DNA of 64,000 nucleotides from Minisyncoccota bacterium (GTDB lineage: Bacteria > Patescibacteriota > Minisyncoccia > Phycocordibacterales > DATDWN01). The notes beneath the pieces are model-generated. The model made no database searches. It was not told where the DNA came from and saw nothing but the letters and a program-made list of their open reading frames with translations. The position numbers and the translations under genes are program-made. Location: NCBI GenBank assembly GCA_041658985.1, contig JBAZZC010000001.1, positions 1,813 to 65,812 on the forward strand. Reading direction: 5' to 3'. Below, piece after piece: positions 9,968 through 19,685 of the stretch; position 1 is the first letter of the stretch, and each line of letters starts with the position of its first letter.

Positions 9968-10654
9968 CTAGGGAGAGATGACTTCGAACGTGTCATCCCC
10001 CACACTCTTCACGTAGAGAGCGTTCGCCTCGGCTAGAAGCCGAGCGATGACCGGTGGGTGGTGAGCCATGTACACGTAACCCACTGGAGCACTCATGATG
10101 CACGAGCCAGTTCCTGGTGGTCTGTACAAACTCATGTCAATCGTCCCTTGCTGGCGAACGACTTGTAGAACCTTGTCCGCCCCGAAGCAGATTTGGTCCT
10201 GCGGGATAAGTCGTCGGCTTTCACCGACAACCGTCTCGAGAACGAAGCGCCGATGCGTCGGCCCCTCATCCTTGGGAACTGGAGTGTATCCGCAGGACAT
10301 CGCGAGCATCTCCGCGAAGTCGCCCACCTCAGACCACGACCTGAGATATGGGGCGTAGAGACATCTCCCGCCGGCATCTCGCAACCACCCAGCTGGGGTC
10401 CATTTCAACAGGGCTTTGCCACGATACGCCGCCACACGAACCCCGTTGAGACAGGGTCCATCATCAATCATCCAATCAATGAGTAGGTAGTCCCTTTCAC
10501 GAAGACCACCATTCATTATCTTGAATGAGTCAGGCTTTTCTGGACCTCTTCCAGCTCTGATTCTTTCAATCTCTTCCCTTGTAAAATGGGTCGTTTCGGG
10601 ATAAACCTTGGGTTTTTGGTTCCAGTCCCTTTTCGGCTTTGGCCATTTTCCCAT
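9968..10654 (-). CDS. GC-rich orphan protein A (unknown function)
   Basis: about 55% GC coding with AGGAGG SD 8 nt upstream of ATG at 10654; hairpin terminator 9918-9962; inserted between secY and adk. Confidence 0.6.
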   Translation of the reverse strand: MGKWPKPKRDWNQKPKVYPETTHFTREEIERIRAGRGPEKPDSFKIMNGGLRERDYLLIDWMIDDGPCLNGVRVAAYRGKALLKWTPAGWLRDAGGRCLYAPYLRSWSEVGDFAEMLAMSCGYTPVPKDEGPTHRRFVLETVVGESRRLIPQDQICFGADKVLQVVRQQGTIDMSLYRPPGTGSCIMSAPVGYVYMAHHPPVIARLLAEANALYVKSVGDDTFEVISP

Positions 10655-10759
10655 GGGTTTTCCTCCTTTCCTTGGGAATCCAATCAAAAACTACCACAAG
10701 ATGTGGCTGTATGTCAATAGATTATATTAAATTTAAAAATCAAAATATTTAAACCACTA

Positions 10760-10877
10760 AAAACTTTCAAATTTGGATGAAATTCGACGTGAGAAATTAA
10801 AAAGATGAGGAGCCTTACTTAGTGGTAAGGTGATGAATATTTTTAATTTGGGAACGAGGATTTCGCCAAATTTGGAA
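10760..10877. repeat. family-2 structured palindromic element copy a
   Basis: aaactttcaaatttgg...gagCCTTACttagtgGTAAGGtga...cgccaaatttgg; three nested helices. Confidence 0.7.
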
Positions 10878-10880
10878 GTT

Positions 10881-12152
10881 TTAATATTCCCTAATAGAAA
10901 CCTGTGCATCAATCTTCTTAATCAAATCAATAACTACAGAAACTACGATGAGAAGTGACGTTCCACCAATAGATATCGCTGTGATACCAGTAAGACCGCT
11001 CATGGCCAAAGGAAGAACAGCAATAAAACCCAAAAAGAGTGCCCCAATTAGAGTTAGCCGAGTTAATATTCTCGAGATATGGTCCGATGTTGATTTGCCA
11101 GGTCTTACCCCTGGAATAAATGCTCCGTTTTTTTGAAGATTTGTTGATATTTGGTCTGGGTCAAATGTAACGGCAGTATAAAAATAAGTAAACACAAATA
11201 CCAAAAAGAAATATGCTCCGGCATAAAACCAGCCATTCGCCAAAATATCCAACAAAAAGGTTGACACTGATTGTACTAAGGCGTTACTAGCACCCTGCAA
11301 AAATCTTAGTATCATTTGTGGAAATAGAAGTATTGAAAGGGCAAAGATAATTGGAATAACCCCCGCTTGATTTATTCTAAGTGGTAAATATGTTGATGTT
11401 CCCCCATAAACTTTATTTCCTCGAACTTGTTTTGCATAGGTTACTGGTATTGGTCTTTCCGCTTCGGTGATAATAACCACACCAACAATAACAAGAGCTG
11501 ATATGACAAGAAAGACTAAGTAAAGTGGTAATTGTGAAGCCTCAAAAGAAAAAACCAGTTGACCGATTGTTGCCGGCAAAGATGCAACAATACCAGCAAA
11601 GATGATAAGTGAGACACCATTGCCAATACCATATTCAGAAATAAGTTCACCGACCCACATCAAAAGTACCGACCCAGCTGTTATAACCAAAAGATTCGTA
11701 ACTAATTCAAGGGAAGTAAGATGGGCTAAGATTTGCTGATTTTCTAAGAGTTTTATAAAACTGAAAGCTTGAATAATAGCAAGTGGAATAGAAAGTATTC
11801 TGCTGTACTGAGCAAACTTTCGTCTACCAGCTTCTCCTTCTTCCTGATACATTTCCTTTAATTTGGGAAACATAATAGTTAGAAGTTGCATAATAATTGA
11901 TGATGTGATGTACGGACCAACACCAAGCATCACAATAGAAAGTTGGGCCAACCCACCGCCAGAGAAAAGATTGAGAAGCCCAAAGAATTCATTGCCAGCA
12001 AAAAACTGAGCTAATTTAACATGGTCAACTCCAGCAATAGGGACAGCAGCAAAAACACGAAACAAGACAAGTGCAGAAAGTGTAAAGAATATTCTTTTTC
12101 GTAATATTCTGTCTTGAAAGATAAGGGTGAATTTATTAAAAAGGTCTTTCAT
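10881..12152 (-). CDS. secY: preprotein translocase subunit SecY
   Basis: 10-TM protein with SecY signature regions; follows rplO. Confidence 0.9.
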   Translation of the reverse strand: MKDLFNKFTLIFQDRILRKRIFFTLSALVLFRVFAAVPIAGVDHVKLAQFFAGNEFFGLLNLFSGGGLAQLSIVMLGVGPYITSSIIMQLLTIMFPKLKEMYQEEGEAGRRKFAQYSRILSIPLAIIQAFSFIKLLENQQILAHLTSLELVTNLLVITAGSVLLMWVGELISEYGIGNGVSLIIFAGIVASLPATIGQLVFSFEASQLPLYLVFLVISALVIVGVVIITEAERPIPVTYAKQVRGNKVYGGTSTYLPLRINQAGVIPIIFALSILLFPQMILRFLQGASNALVQSVSTFLLDILANGWFYAGAYFFLVFVFTYFYTAVTFDPDQISTNLQKNGAFIPGVRPGKSTSDHISRILTRLTLIGALFLGFIAVLPLAMSGLTGITAISIGGTSLLIVVSVVIDLIKKIDAQVSIREY

Positions 12153-12156
12153 GGTA

Positions 12157-12594
12157 TTATTTTACCTCACCACCTGCTTTTTCGATAGCTAGTCGAGCTG
12201 AAGCTGAAACCTGACAACCTTTTACTTTTATTTTTCGGCTGAGCTGACCCCCTCCTAAAATTTTTACTCTTGGAAAAACCCCTGAAATTGTCCTGATGAT
12301 TCCTTTTTTTACCAATGTCTGTGGTGAAACAACATCACCATCTTTAAATATGCTAAGTTTTTTTAGGTTTATAACCGTGGGCTTTAGTTCAATGCTTGTG
12401 TTTATGTTTTTTCCGCGACCGCGTAATTTTGGTACCCTTTTAATAAAATCTCTAATTTCTGGTCTCTTCTTGTGACCAGCTCTAGCATTTTGTCCTTTTG
12501 TTCCACGTCCCGATGTTTTTCCACGAGTTCCCCCACGACCGACAAGGCGTGTTTTTGTATTTGGATGTTGTCTTTTTAGGTTATGTGTTTGCAT
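12157..12594 (-). CDS. rplO: 50S ribosomal protein L15
   Basis: Gly/Arg/Lys-rich N-terminus typical of L15; position before secY. Confidence 0.9.
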   Translation of the reverse strand: MQTHNLKRQHPNTKTRLVGRGGTRGKTSGRGTKGQNARAGHKKRPEIRDFIKRVPKLRGRGKNINTSIELKPTVINLKKLSIFKDGDVVSPQTLVKKGIIRTISGVFPRVKILGGGQLSRKIKVKGCQVSASARLAIEKAGGEVK

Positions 12595-12619
12595 GGTTGA
12601 TTTTTAATAACTGAAGTAG

Positions 12620-13243
12620 TTATTTTCTCGGTATTAATTGACTTAATGCTTTTACCGCTGCTTTGGCATTGTTGATTTTATTTTTGCTTCTGGAAAAGAT
12701 TTTGCTACTTACTTCTTTTATTCCAGCAAATTCCAAAACGGTTCTAACAGATGAACCGGCCAAGATTCCTTTACCAGGAGCACGCATAATAAGTACTCTT
12801 GAACTAGAATACTTGGCGCTTACTTCGTGTGGAATAGAGCCGTTTTTTGTCATATTGACTTTAATCATGTTTTTTCTGGCATCTCTAACGGCCTTATCTA
12901 TAGCCACCGGAGTATCTCCAGCTTTTCCAAGACCAACACCAACACGACCCCTTCTGTCCCCAATAACAATACCAACAGAAAAACTGAATCTTCGTCCACC
13001 AGTTACCACTCTCGTCACCCGACGAATACTTATAATCTTTTGGTCAAATTCTGGCTTAACCCGGGCTTCTCTTCTTGGAGAAGGTCTACGAGAATTTTTC
13101 CTAAATTCTTTTGGGGCCTGCGTTGAAACTACATCTTTTTGTAAGACGGTTGGTTCAATTTCTTCTTCAATTTTTATTTCTTCTGGATCCATAATATTTT
13201 TTAAACTAAAATTAAAACTGTAGTCCTCCCTTGCGAGCCCCAT
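12620..13243 (-). CDS. rpsE: 30S ribosomal protein S5 (N-terminally extended; start uncertain, alt 13192)
   Basis: S5 dsRBD and C-terminal domain motifs; directly followed by rplO with no L30 gene between. Confidence 0.85.
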   Translation of the reverse strand: MGLAREDYSFNFSLKNIMDPEEIKIEEEIEPTVLQKDVVSTQAPKEFRKNSRRPSPRREARVKPEFDQKIISIRRVTRVVTGGRRFSFSVGIVIGDRRGRVGVGLGKAGDTPVAIDKAVRDARKNMIKVNMTKNGSIPHEVSAKYSSSRVLIMRAPGKGILAGSSVRTVLEFAGIKEVSSKIFSRSKNKINNAKAAVKALSQLIPRK

Positions 13244-13562
13244 CTGCTATCGCCTTAACACTGCCCGTATAAATAAAACCTCCTCTGTCAAACACTACTT
13301 CTTTGATTTTTTTTACCTTAGCTTTCTCTGCAATACTCTCTCCAACAAGCAAAGCTTTTTCCATCATACTTTTGCCTTTTACTTCCCGAGAATGAGCTGA
13401 TGCTAGAGTCTTTGTATTCTCATCATCAATGAGTTGGGCGGAAATGTGCTTGTTTGATTTGTAAACAGACAAACGAGGTTTTTCTTTTGTACCAGAAATC
13501 TTGGCACGAATTCTTGCGTGTCTTCTCGTTCTCTTCTCTAATTTTGCATTTAATGTTTTCAT
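13212..13562 (-). CDS. rplR: 50S ribosomal protein L18
   Basis: L18 motifs, operon position. Confidence 0.9.
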   Translation of the reverse strand: MKTLNAKLEKRTRRHARIRAKISGTKEKPRLSVYKSNKHISAQLIDDENTKTLASAHSREVKGKSMMEKALLVGESIAEKAKVKKIKEVVFDRGGFIYTGSVKAIADGARKGGLQF

Positions 13563-13577
13563 ATCGATATATTACCT

Positions 13578-13703
13578 AAACTTTCAAATTTGACCTAGGT
13601 CGCGTATAAAATTTGAAAAATAATGGGAGCCTACCTGAGTGCGTAGGTGACCATTATTTTTCAGATTTTAGACGATGAGATTGGTCATAATTTGTAAGTT
13701 TAG
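13578..13703. repeat. family-2 structured palindromic element copy b
   Basis: aaactttcaaatttg...gaaaaataatgg gagCCTACctgagtgcGTAGGtga ccattatttttc... Confidence 0.7.
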
Positions 13704-14233
13704 GCTGTCTTCTTACCTTGTTTACGCTTAACTACTTCGCCTTCATATCTCATCCCCTTGCCTTTATATGGCTCTGGCTTCTTTAGGGACCTAACTTTTG
13801 CTACAAACTCCCCAACAACCTCCTTATCAATGCCCGTTGTTGTAATAATGTTTTTCTCTGCTGTAACTTTCAGAGTGTTTGGAATCGGAACAATAACTGG
13901 GTGAGAAAAACCAAGGGCTAAAACCAGGGTCTCTCCTTTGACTTCCGATTTATACCCAATACCCTCAAGTATTAATTTCTTGACGTATGGGGTTGTGACA
14001 CCAGCTATCATATTCATGATGTGCGATGCATATGTTCCCCATAATGCTCGTGTTTCTAGTGTTTCAACCTTGGGAACAAGTGTAACTTTATTATCGGCGA
14101 TAGTAACATTAATATCGTCCTTGAAAATCTTTGTAAGTGTTCCAAGTGGGCCTTTAACAGTCAAAATTCCTCCCGAAAGTGAGACTTCAGTTGTTTTTGG
14201 TATTTCTATTATTTTTTTTCCGATTCTACTCAT
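13700..14233 (-). CDS. rplF: 50S ribosomal protein L6
   Basis: MSRIGKKIIEIP start; L6 two-domain pattern. Confidence 0.9.
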   Translation of the reverse strand: MSRIGKKIIEIPKTTEVSLSGGILTVKGPLGTLTKIFKDDINVTIADNKVTLVPKVETLETRALWGTYASHIMNMIAGVTTPYVKKLILEGIGYKSEVKGETLVLALGFSHPVIVPIPNTLKVTAEKNIITTTGIDKEVVGEFVAKVRSLKKPEPYKGKGMRYEGEVVKRKQGKKTA

Positions 14234-14248
14234 GTTATTTTGTGTTTG

Positions 14249-14371
14249 AAAAACTTTCAAATTTGGCCAAGGTCGAGGCAAAACTGGAAACAGAGTCCGA
14301 GCCGTACAATAGTACGGTGAGGATTATGTTTTCAGTTTTAACGAAGAGATTGGTCATAATTTGAATGTTTT
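14249..14371. repeat. family-2 structured palindromic element copy c
   Basis: aaactttcaaatttgg...gagCCGTACaataGTACGGtga...gagattggtcataatttg. Confidence 0.7.
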
Positions 14372-14758
14372 TTACCAGATTTTAAATAGTGCTTCACCTC
14401 CAACTCCTGCCTCTTTCGCCATCTTATCTGTCATAATTCCTTTTGGTGTTGAAAGAATAAGAGCGCCCATACCACCTTTAACCTTATTAATTTCTTTTGA
14501 TTTTTGATAAATTCTTTTTGATGTTTTTGAAACTCTTTCTATGCCATGAATTTTTGGACCGTTTTCATCATAAACAAAAACTACTTCAATAAACTTTGCT
14601 ATTTTCTTTCCTTTCTTTCCAAATGATTTTAGATAACCATCTTTAAAAAGAACATCACTAATTGCAAGTTTTAATTTTGAATATGGAAAAACAACAGATT
14701 CTTTTTTTGATTCTGTCGCATTCTTTATTCTAACTATCATATCTGATATTGGATCCAT
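14372..14758 (-). CDS. rpsH: 30S ribosomal protein S8
   Basis: S8 motifs, operon position. Confidence 0.9.
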   Translation of the reverse strand: MDPISDMIVRIKNATESKKESVVFPYSKLKLAISDVLFKDGYLKSFGKKGKKIAKFIEVVFVYDENGPKIHGIERVSKTSKRIYQKSKEINKVKGGMGALILSTPKGIMTDKMAKEAGVGGEALFKIW

Positions 14759-14815
14759 TTTGTTTATTATATTTTGGTGGTATCTCTGTGAGACCTACCA
14801 AAGATGTTATTTTAA

Positions 14816-15001
14816 TTACCACGAAGATTTCTTGATACCTGGAATCTTTCCTTCATTAGCTAATTCCCTGAAACAAATTCGGCAGAGACCAAAATCTCTC
14901 ATAAAAGCATGACCTCGCCCGCATTTGAAACATCGATTTGTAGCCCGAGTACTGAATTTCGGTTTTTTGAGAGCTCTTGCCTTTGTTGATGTTTTAGCCA
15001 T
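14816..15001 (-). CDS. rpsZ: 30S ribosomal protein S14 type Z (zinc-binding)
   Basis: 61 aa with CxxC...CxxC. Confidence 0.9.
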   Translation of the reverse strand: MAKTSTKARALKKPKFSTRATNRCFKCGRGHAFMRDFGLCRICFRELANEGKIPGIKKSSW

Positions 15002-15068
15002 TTTTTAAATAAAATGAGCTTTAAAGCTCGGGTCTATACTATCAGGGATAAATCGCACTGTCAATTAA

Positions 15069-15674
15069 CTACTTTTTAATATTCCAACCCTTCTTTTTTG
15101 CCTTTGGAGCCTCCTTTTTGACTTCTGGGCCCCCAACCCCTGCCTTTCTGAATGGAAAACCTAGATGCTTTAGAAAAGCCAGTGTTTGCTTACCATCTTT
15201 AACTTTTGTGACAATTGTTACTGCCAAACCAAATACATCCTTCAAATCCTCATCTGATGATTCTGGAAATATGGTGTTCTCTCGAATGCCTAGAGTATAA
15301 TTACCCATTTCGTCTACTCCTGTGGTTGGAATACCACGGAAGTCTTTTGTTCTTGGAAGGGCAATATTTACCAGTCTGTCTAGGAAATCATACATCCTCT
15401 CTCCTCGAAGGGTTACTTGCATACCAACCGTATCCCCCTCTCGTACCTTAAATGCAGCGACTGACAGTTTTGCTCCCTTTCTAGCTGGTAATTGTCCTGT
15501 GATTTTTGCTAATCTGTCCGCAACAAGCTCAATTTTCTTTTTATCCTTCATTGAACCAACACCACTAGAAATAACCACCTTCTGAATTCTCGGCGCTTGC
15601 ATAGGATTTGTATATCCAAATTCGTCTTTTAGAGCTCTATAACCAGATTTTACTTTTTCTTTAATTGTTTGCAT
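15069..15674 (-). CDS. rplE: 50S ribosomal protein L5 (Lys-rich C-terminal extension)
   Basis: MQTIKEKVK...GYTNPMQAPRIQKVVISSGVG. Confidence 0.9.
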   Translation of the reverse strand: MQTIKEKVKSGYRALKDEFGYTNPMQAPRIQKVVISSGVGSMKDKKKIELVADRLAKITGQLPARKGAKLSVAAFKVREGDTVGMQVTLRGERMYDFLDRLVNIALPRTKDFRGIPTTGVDEMGNYTLGIRENTIFPESSDEDLKDVFGLAVTIVTKVKDGKQTLAFLKHLGFPFRKAGVGGPEVKKEAPKAKKKGWNIKK

Positions 15675-15829
15675 GATAGTTGAATTACTAATTGCTCTAA
15701 TTTCTAATTGACCTAAATAATGACAAAATACCAAATCCCAATAGATTCATTCCGTTGTTCTTTTTTAATTGGTTCTTATTCATTGGGTTTTATTTAGGAA
15801 TTAGGTCAATTAGGAATTAGAAATTATCT

Positions 15830-16054
15830 TTATTTCTTTTCTACCTTTTTAACATTTGAAACGTGAATTGGCATGGTCTTGTCTATAATCTGTCCTTTCT
15901 CACCACTCTTTCTTGCTTTCTGATGAACCTTCAAAACATTAACTCCAGAAACAATAACTTTATTTTCACTTGGTATTGATTTAGTAACGGTACCAGTTTT
16001 ACCTTTATCTTTTCCAGTTAACACTATTACTTTGTCGTCCTTCTTGATGTGCAT
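15830..16054 (-). CDS. rplX: 50S ribosomal protein L24
   Basis: KOW motif KDDKVIVLTGKDKGKTG. Confidence 0.85.
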   Translation of the reverse strand: MHIKKDDKVIVLTGKDKGKTGTVTKSIPSENKVIVSGVNVLKVHQKARKSGEKGQIIDKTMPIHVSNVKKVEKK

Positions 16055-16068
16055 GTTTGTAAAATAAT

Positions 16069-16446
16069 TTATACAACCTCTGGTGCTAATGAAATAATTT
16101 TCTGATATCCAACTTCACCAATTTCTCTTGGAATTGGTCCGAATATGCGTCCAGCGATTGGTTCTAGCTTTTTCTTATCTTTTATCACAAGAACAACTGC
16201 ATTTTCATCAAATCTAATGTATGAACCGTCTTTTCGTCTAAAAGGTGCCTTCTGTCTTACCACAATAGCTCGATGCACATCTTTCTTTTTTGTTGTTTTT
16301 CGAGGCTCTGCTTTCTGTACTGAAATAATAACCAGCTCACCGATGCTTGCATATCTCTTTTTTGAACTACCTAATACCTTAAACACTCTTCCGATTTTTC
16401 CACCAGAGTTATCAGCTATTTTAACGATTGAACGTGGTTGAATCAT
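16069..16446 (-). CDS. rplN: 50S ribosomal protein L14
   Basis: MIQPRSIVKIADNSGGK. Confidence 0.9.
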   Translation of the reverse strand: MIQPRSIVKIADNSGGKIGRVFKVLGSSKKRYASIGELVIISVQKAEPRKTTKKKDVHRAIVVRQKAPFRRKDGSYIRFDENAVVLVIKDKKKLEPIAGRIFGPIPREIGEVGYQKIISLAPEVV

Positions 16447-16525
16447 ATGTTTAGTTTATAAAGTTTGTAAAGTTTGTAAAGTTGAATTCATCTAATTTTT
16501 TGTTTTCTTTATGGACTTTATAACT

Positions 16526-16792
16526 TTATGAACTTTCGACTATTCTAAAGTGTTTATCCTTTGAAATTGGCGCGCATTCAATAATAGTAACCCTGTCCCC
16601 CACCTTCTTTGTATTTCCTTTGTCATCTGCTTTAAACTTTTTGTCGTGGGACACATATTTACCATATTTGGGATGTTTTACAAAACGAGAAACTTTTACA
16701 ACAATCGTGTCCTTCATTTTGTCAGATGTAACAATTCCAACCAAAGTTTTCTTGAGTGATTGTTTTGTTAGGTTTTCGGTTGTTTTTTTCAT
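16526..16792 (-). CDS. rpsQ: 30S ribosomal protein S17
   Basis: S17 OB-fold motif GIVTSDKMKDTIVVKV. Confidence 0.9.
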   Translation of the reverse strand: MKKTTENLTKQSLKKTLVGIVTSDKMKDTIVVKVSRFVKHPKYGKYVSHDKKFKADDKGNTKKVGDRVTIIECAPISKDKHFRIVESS

Positions 16793-16796
16793 GTTT

Positions 16797-16982
16797 TTAT
16801 TTTACAGATTTATTGTTCAAAATTGTCAAAATCCGAGCGATATCTTTTTTGAGTGAATTTCCTTCTTTAACATTTCTGACATTACTTCCAGAAACAGCAA
16901 AACGGAAATTACGCAAAGCCAACCTTTTCTCAGAAAGAAGTGTTTTAAGTTCTACTGGTGTTTTCTTAATAAAATCTTTCAT
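16797..16982 (-). CDS. rpmC: 50S ribosomal protein L29
   Basis: 61 aa helical, ELKTLLSEKRLALRNFRF. Confidence 0.85.
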   Translation of the reverse strand: MKDFIKKTPVELKTLLSEKRLALRNFRFAVSGSNVRNVKEGNSLKKDIARILTILNNKSVK

Positions 16983-16983
16983 A

Positions 16984-17400
16984 TTATTTTGAAATTATTT
17001 TGGTTTTAAGGGGAAGTTTTGTACCAGCTTTTCTCAAAGCTTCTTTAGCCACAGCGTCTGTAACCCCATCAACCTCAAAGATTATTCGTCCTGGTTTAAC
17101 AGGGGCACAATATCCAAACAAATCCCCTTTTCCTTTTCCAAGTTTTACTTCAGCTGGCTTTTTTGTTAACGGCATATCGGGAAAAATACGAATCCAAATC
17201 CTACCAGTCTTTCCAACTGCTCTAGATAGTGCCTTTCTTGCTGCCTCTATCTGATTAGACATAACACGAGCTCCACTTAGGGCCTTCAGAGCATGAGAGC
17301 CAAAAGAAATAGTCGTACCACGAGTACTGACACCCACTTTTTCAGCGTTTTTTCGCATTGTTTGCCATTTTCTGTATTTAACTTTTTTTGGTAGCAACAT
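16984..17400 (-). CDS. rplP: 50S ribosomal protein L16
   Basis: MLLPKKVKYRKWQ. Confidence 0.9.
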   Translation of the reverse strand: MLLPKKVKYRKWQTMRKNAEKVGVSTRGTTISFGSHALKALSGARVMSNQIEAARKALSRAVGKTGRIWIRIFPDMPLTKKPAEVKLGKGKGDLFGYCAPVKPGRIIFEVDGVTDAVAKEALRKAGTKLPLKTKIISK

Positions 17401-17409
17401 GGTAGTATT

Positions 17410-18069
17410 TTATTTTTTAGCAAAAATCTCCCCTCTATAAATCCAAACTTTTATACCAATTCCACCATAAGGTAGCCGGGCTTCATGTTTAGCAAAGTCT
17501 ACATCTGCTCTGAAAGTTTGAAGTGGAATTCGTCCTCTCTTTATTTTTTCCTGACGAGCCATTGATGCCCCGCCGAGTCGTCCCGATAGTTCTATTTTTA
17601 CTCCCAAGACATCTCGATTGGCCATAACTTTTTCAACCATTTGTTTTGTAACTCGTCGAAAAGGCAATCTCTTTTCTAGTCCATCGGCAATCATTTGGCT
17701 AACTATGGTAGCATTTGATTCTGGTGATTTTACTTCTTTTATATCTACCCTAACCTCACCCCCAGAAGAAAGTTTTTTGTTTGATAAAAATTTTAAAATG
17801 TCATTCTTTAATTTGACCGCACCGTCTCCTGACCTGCCAATAATCATTCCAGGTCTTGATGTTTCAATAATAATTCGAAGAACTTTTTCTCCCCTTTCCA
17901 TTTCTATATTACTCACATACATACCACGAAGCTTTTTCTCTAAATAAACACGAAGCAAGACATCACTTTTTAGAAACTCTTTGTATTTATTTTTTACCCC
18001 AAACCATCGAGATTTCCAGTCTCTTATGATTCCTAGTCTATGTGAATATGGGTGAACTACGTGGGTCAT
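17410..18069 (-). CDS. rpsC: 30S ribosomal protein S3
   Basis: KH domain and S3 C-terminal motifs. Confidence 0.9.
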   Translation of the reverse strand: MTHVVHPYSHRLGIIRDWKSRWFGVKNKYKEFLKSDVLLRVYLEKKLRGMYVSNIEMERGEKVLRIIIETSRPGMIIGRSGDGAVKLKNDILKFLSNKKLSSGGEVRVDIKEVKSPESNATIVSQMIADGLEKRLPFRRVTKQMVEKVMANRDVLGVKIELSGRLGGASMARQEKIKRGRIPLQTFRADVDFAKHEARLPYGGIGIKVWIYRGEIFAKK

Positions 18070-18118
18070 GATAATTAGTTAAAAGTCTTTAAAGTTCATA
18101 AAGTCTATAAAGTTAATC

Positions 18119-18544
18119 CTACTTTTTGGCACCAACTTTTTTGGTCTTTATTTTTATTGGTAATTTTTCAATTTTTACAACCTCCTTTACGACTTTTGAC
18201 TTTCGACTTTCGACTGGAGTCGATAATTCGACGAACACAGCACATGTTCTTTTTCGCATTGGATGAGCAGAACCACGGGCGGCAGGAAGTCTTCTGTATA
18301 ATATTTTTCCGCTATCTACTTTTATCACTTTTACAATTAAATTTTCAGTTGGAATATTTTGGGTCTTGGCGTTAGCCAGAGCTGACAGAATAAGTTTTTT
18401 TATTGGAAGAGAAGACTTCTTTGCAATAAAATCTAGGTTTACCAAAACATCTGATACCTTTTTACCTCTTACAGCATTCGCAACCATTCGCATTTTACGA
18501 GGAGCTTGTCTGAAATCAGATAATGTCGCAGTTGCTGTTGCCAT
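18119..18544 (-). CDS. rplV: 50S ribosomal protein L22 (Lys-rich C-terminal extension encoded by GACTTT repeats)
   Basis: L22 motifs; position. Confidence 0.85.
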   Translation of the reverse strand: MATATATLSDFRQAPRKMRMVANAVRGKKVSDVLVNLDFIAKKSSLPIKKLILSALANAKTQNIPTENLIVKVIKVDSGKILYRRLPAARGSAHPMRKRTCAVFVELSTPVESRKSKVVKEVVKIEKLPIKIKTKKVGAKK

Positions 18545-18549
18545 AATGA

Positions 18550-18894
18550 TTATTTTTTAGTTTCACCGACGGTGGCCTTGGCTGCTTGAGCAGAAGCAAT
18601 CTCGCTTTCCTTTTGTTTTTGTTCCATTTCTTTCTGCATTTTACCTCCGTGTCTTATAAATTTCTTTGTAGGAGAAAACTCACCTAATCTGTGTCCAACC
18701 ATATCCTCATTAACTAAGACATCAATATGGGTCTTGCCATTATGAACACCAAACGTAAAACCAACCATTTCAGGGGCGATGACACAGGCTCTTGACCAAG
18801 TCTTAATAACCCCAGTTTCAGTGGATTTTTTACCCTCGATTTTCTTTAGAACTCGCGGGTCAACGTATAGGCCTTTCTTGCTTGATCTTGTCAT
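18550..18894 (-). CDS. rpsS: 30S ribosomal protein S19 (C-terminally extended)
   Basis: [20 protein letters not shown]. Confidence 0.9.
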   Translation of the reverse strand: MTRSSKKGLYVDPRVLKKIEGKKSTETGVIKTWSRACVIAPEMVGFTFGVHNGKTHIDVLVNEDMVGHRLGEFSPTKKFIRHGGKMQKEMEQKQKESEIASAQAAKATVGETKK

Positions 18895-18924
18895 ATTTTA
18901 ATTTGTTCAAAACAAAAACCACAT

Positions 18925-18953
18925 TGTTAGTGGTATTGACGCTTAACTTCATA
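18925..18953 (-). promoter_or_regulatory. sigma70-type promoter (TTGACT-17-TAGTAT) reading into rpsS
   Basis: near-consensus hexamers 17 bp apart on minus strand just downstream of GC-rich gene B hairpin; coordinates approximate. Confidence 0.4.
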
Positions 18954-19103
18954 CCGCAAACAAAATTGTAAGTAGAGGTAATGGCTCTGACTTGGCGTTT
19001 ATACTATACAAATCAAGGAAATAAGTCAACAGGCTTACAGGTAAGTTAAAGGGCGAGCCCGGCCGTTGCCGAGTCCGCCCTCTTTGGACGAGCTCCCACC
19101 CAC

Positions 19104-19628
19104 CTACTGCGGGAGCTGGAGCCCCTTCACCTTGGCCGGATCGAGCTTGCTGCCACCCTTCGGGAAGATAACCCCAGCGCCGAGGAAGGGCATGGTGAAC
19201 ATGATCCTTCCATCACCAATGTCCTGCGGGGAAACCTCCGTGGGGTTGATGTAGAACGGGAAGATCTGCCACTTTTCCCATTCCGATCCCGGAACCAGCC
19301 GAGCGACCCACGGGGACTCGAAGAAGATCAGGCCATCACGAAGTTCGATCTTCGAGATCGGCCCTCGGTAGTACGTCCCATCCTCTTGAGTTTCGAGGTC
19401 GCCTCCGACGATGTCATCCCTCCGTAACACGTCTTCCCAGGTCATGTGAACCTCCCATCTGGCAAAATTGCCACCAGACAACACCTTACATCTTTTTACA
19501 AAAGTGTCAACGTCTTTGCTTGGTAAAAAATATCTTCGAGAAACATCCGCAGGCGCTGAGCTTGGTGTTGTCATAGACCCCGAGCTTTGCGAGGGGCTCT
19601 TGACAACGAAGCGCCGAGGACCGAACAA
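19104..19628 (-). CDS. GC-rich orphan protein B (unknown function; probable true start 19445 with GGAGG SD)
   Basis: GC-rich open frame between rplB and rpsS; GC hairpin 19050-19085 downstream; N-terminal 60 codons are AT-rich and bracketed by 26-bp inverted repeats. Confidence 0.5.
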   Translation of the reverse strand: MFGPRRFVVKSPSQSSGSMTTPSSAPADVSRRYFLPSKDVDTFVKRCKVLSGGNFARWEVHMTWEDVLRRDDIVGGDLETQEDGTYYRGPISKIELRDGLIFFESPWVARLVPGSEWEKWQIFPFYINPTEVSPQDIGDGRIMFTMPFLGAGVIFPKGGSKLDPAKVKGLQLPQ

Positions 19629-19685
19629 GGCTTCCGCAGGAGAAGCCTTGTGTTTTCGAGAAGATATTATTTACCAAGCAAAAAC

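Noticed and set aside
12663-18560. Numerous 60-190-aa ORFs antisense to ribosomal protein genes (for example 12663-13223, 13938-14249, 17618-17947, 16145-16441)
   Set aside because: They fully overlap well-supported ribosomal protein genes on the opposite strand and have low-complexity translations. Artefacts of AT-rich, stop-poor antisense frames.
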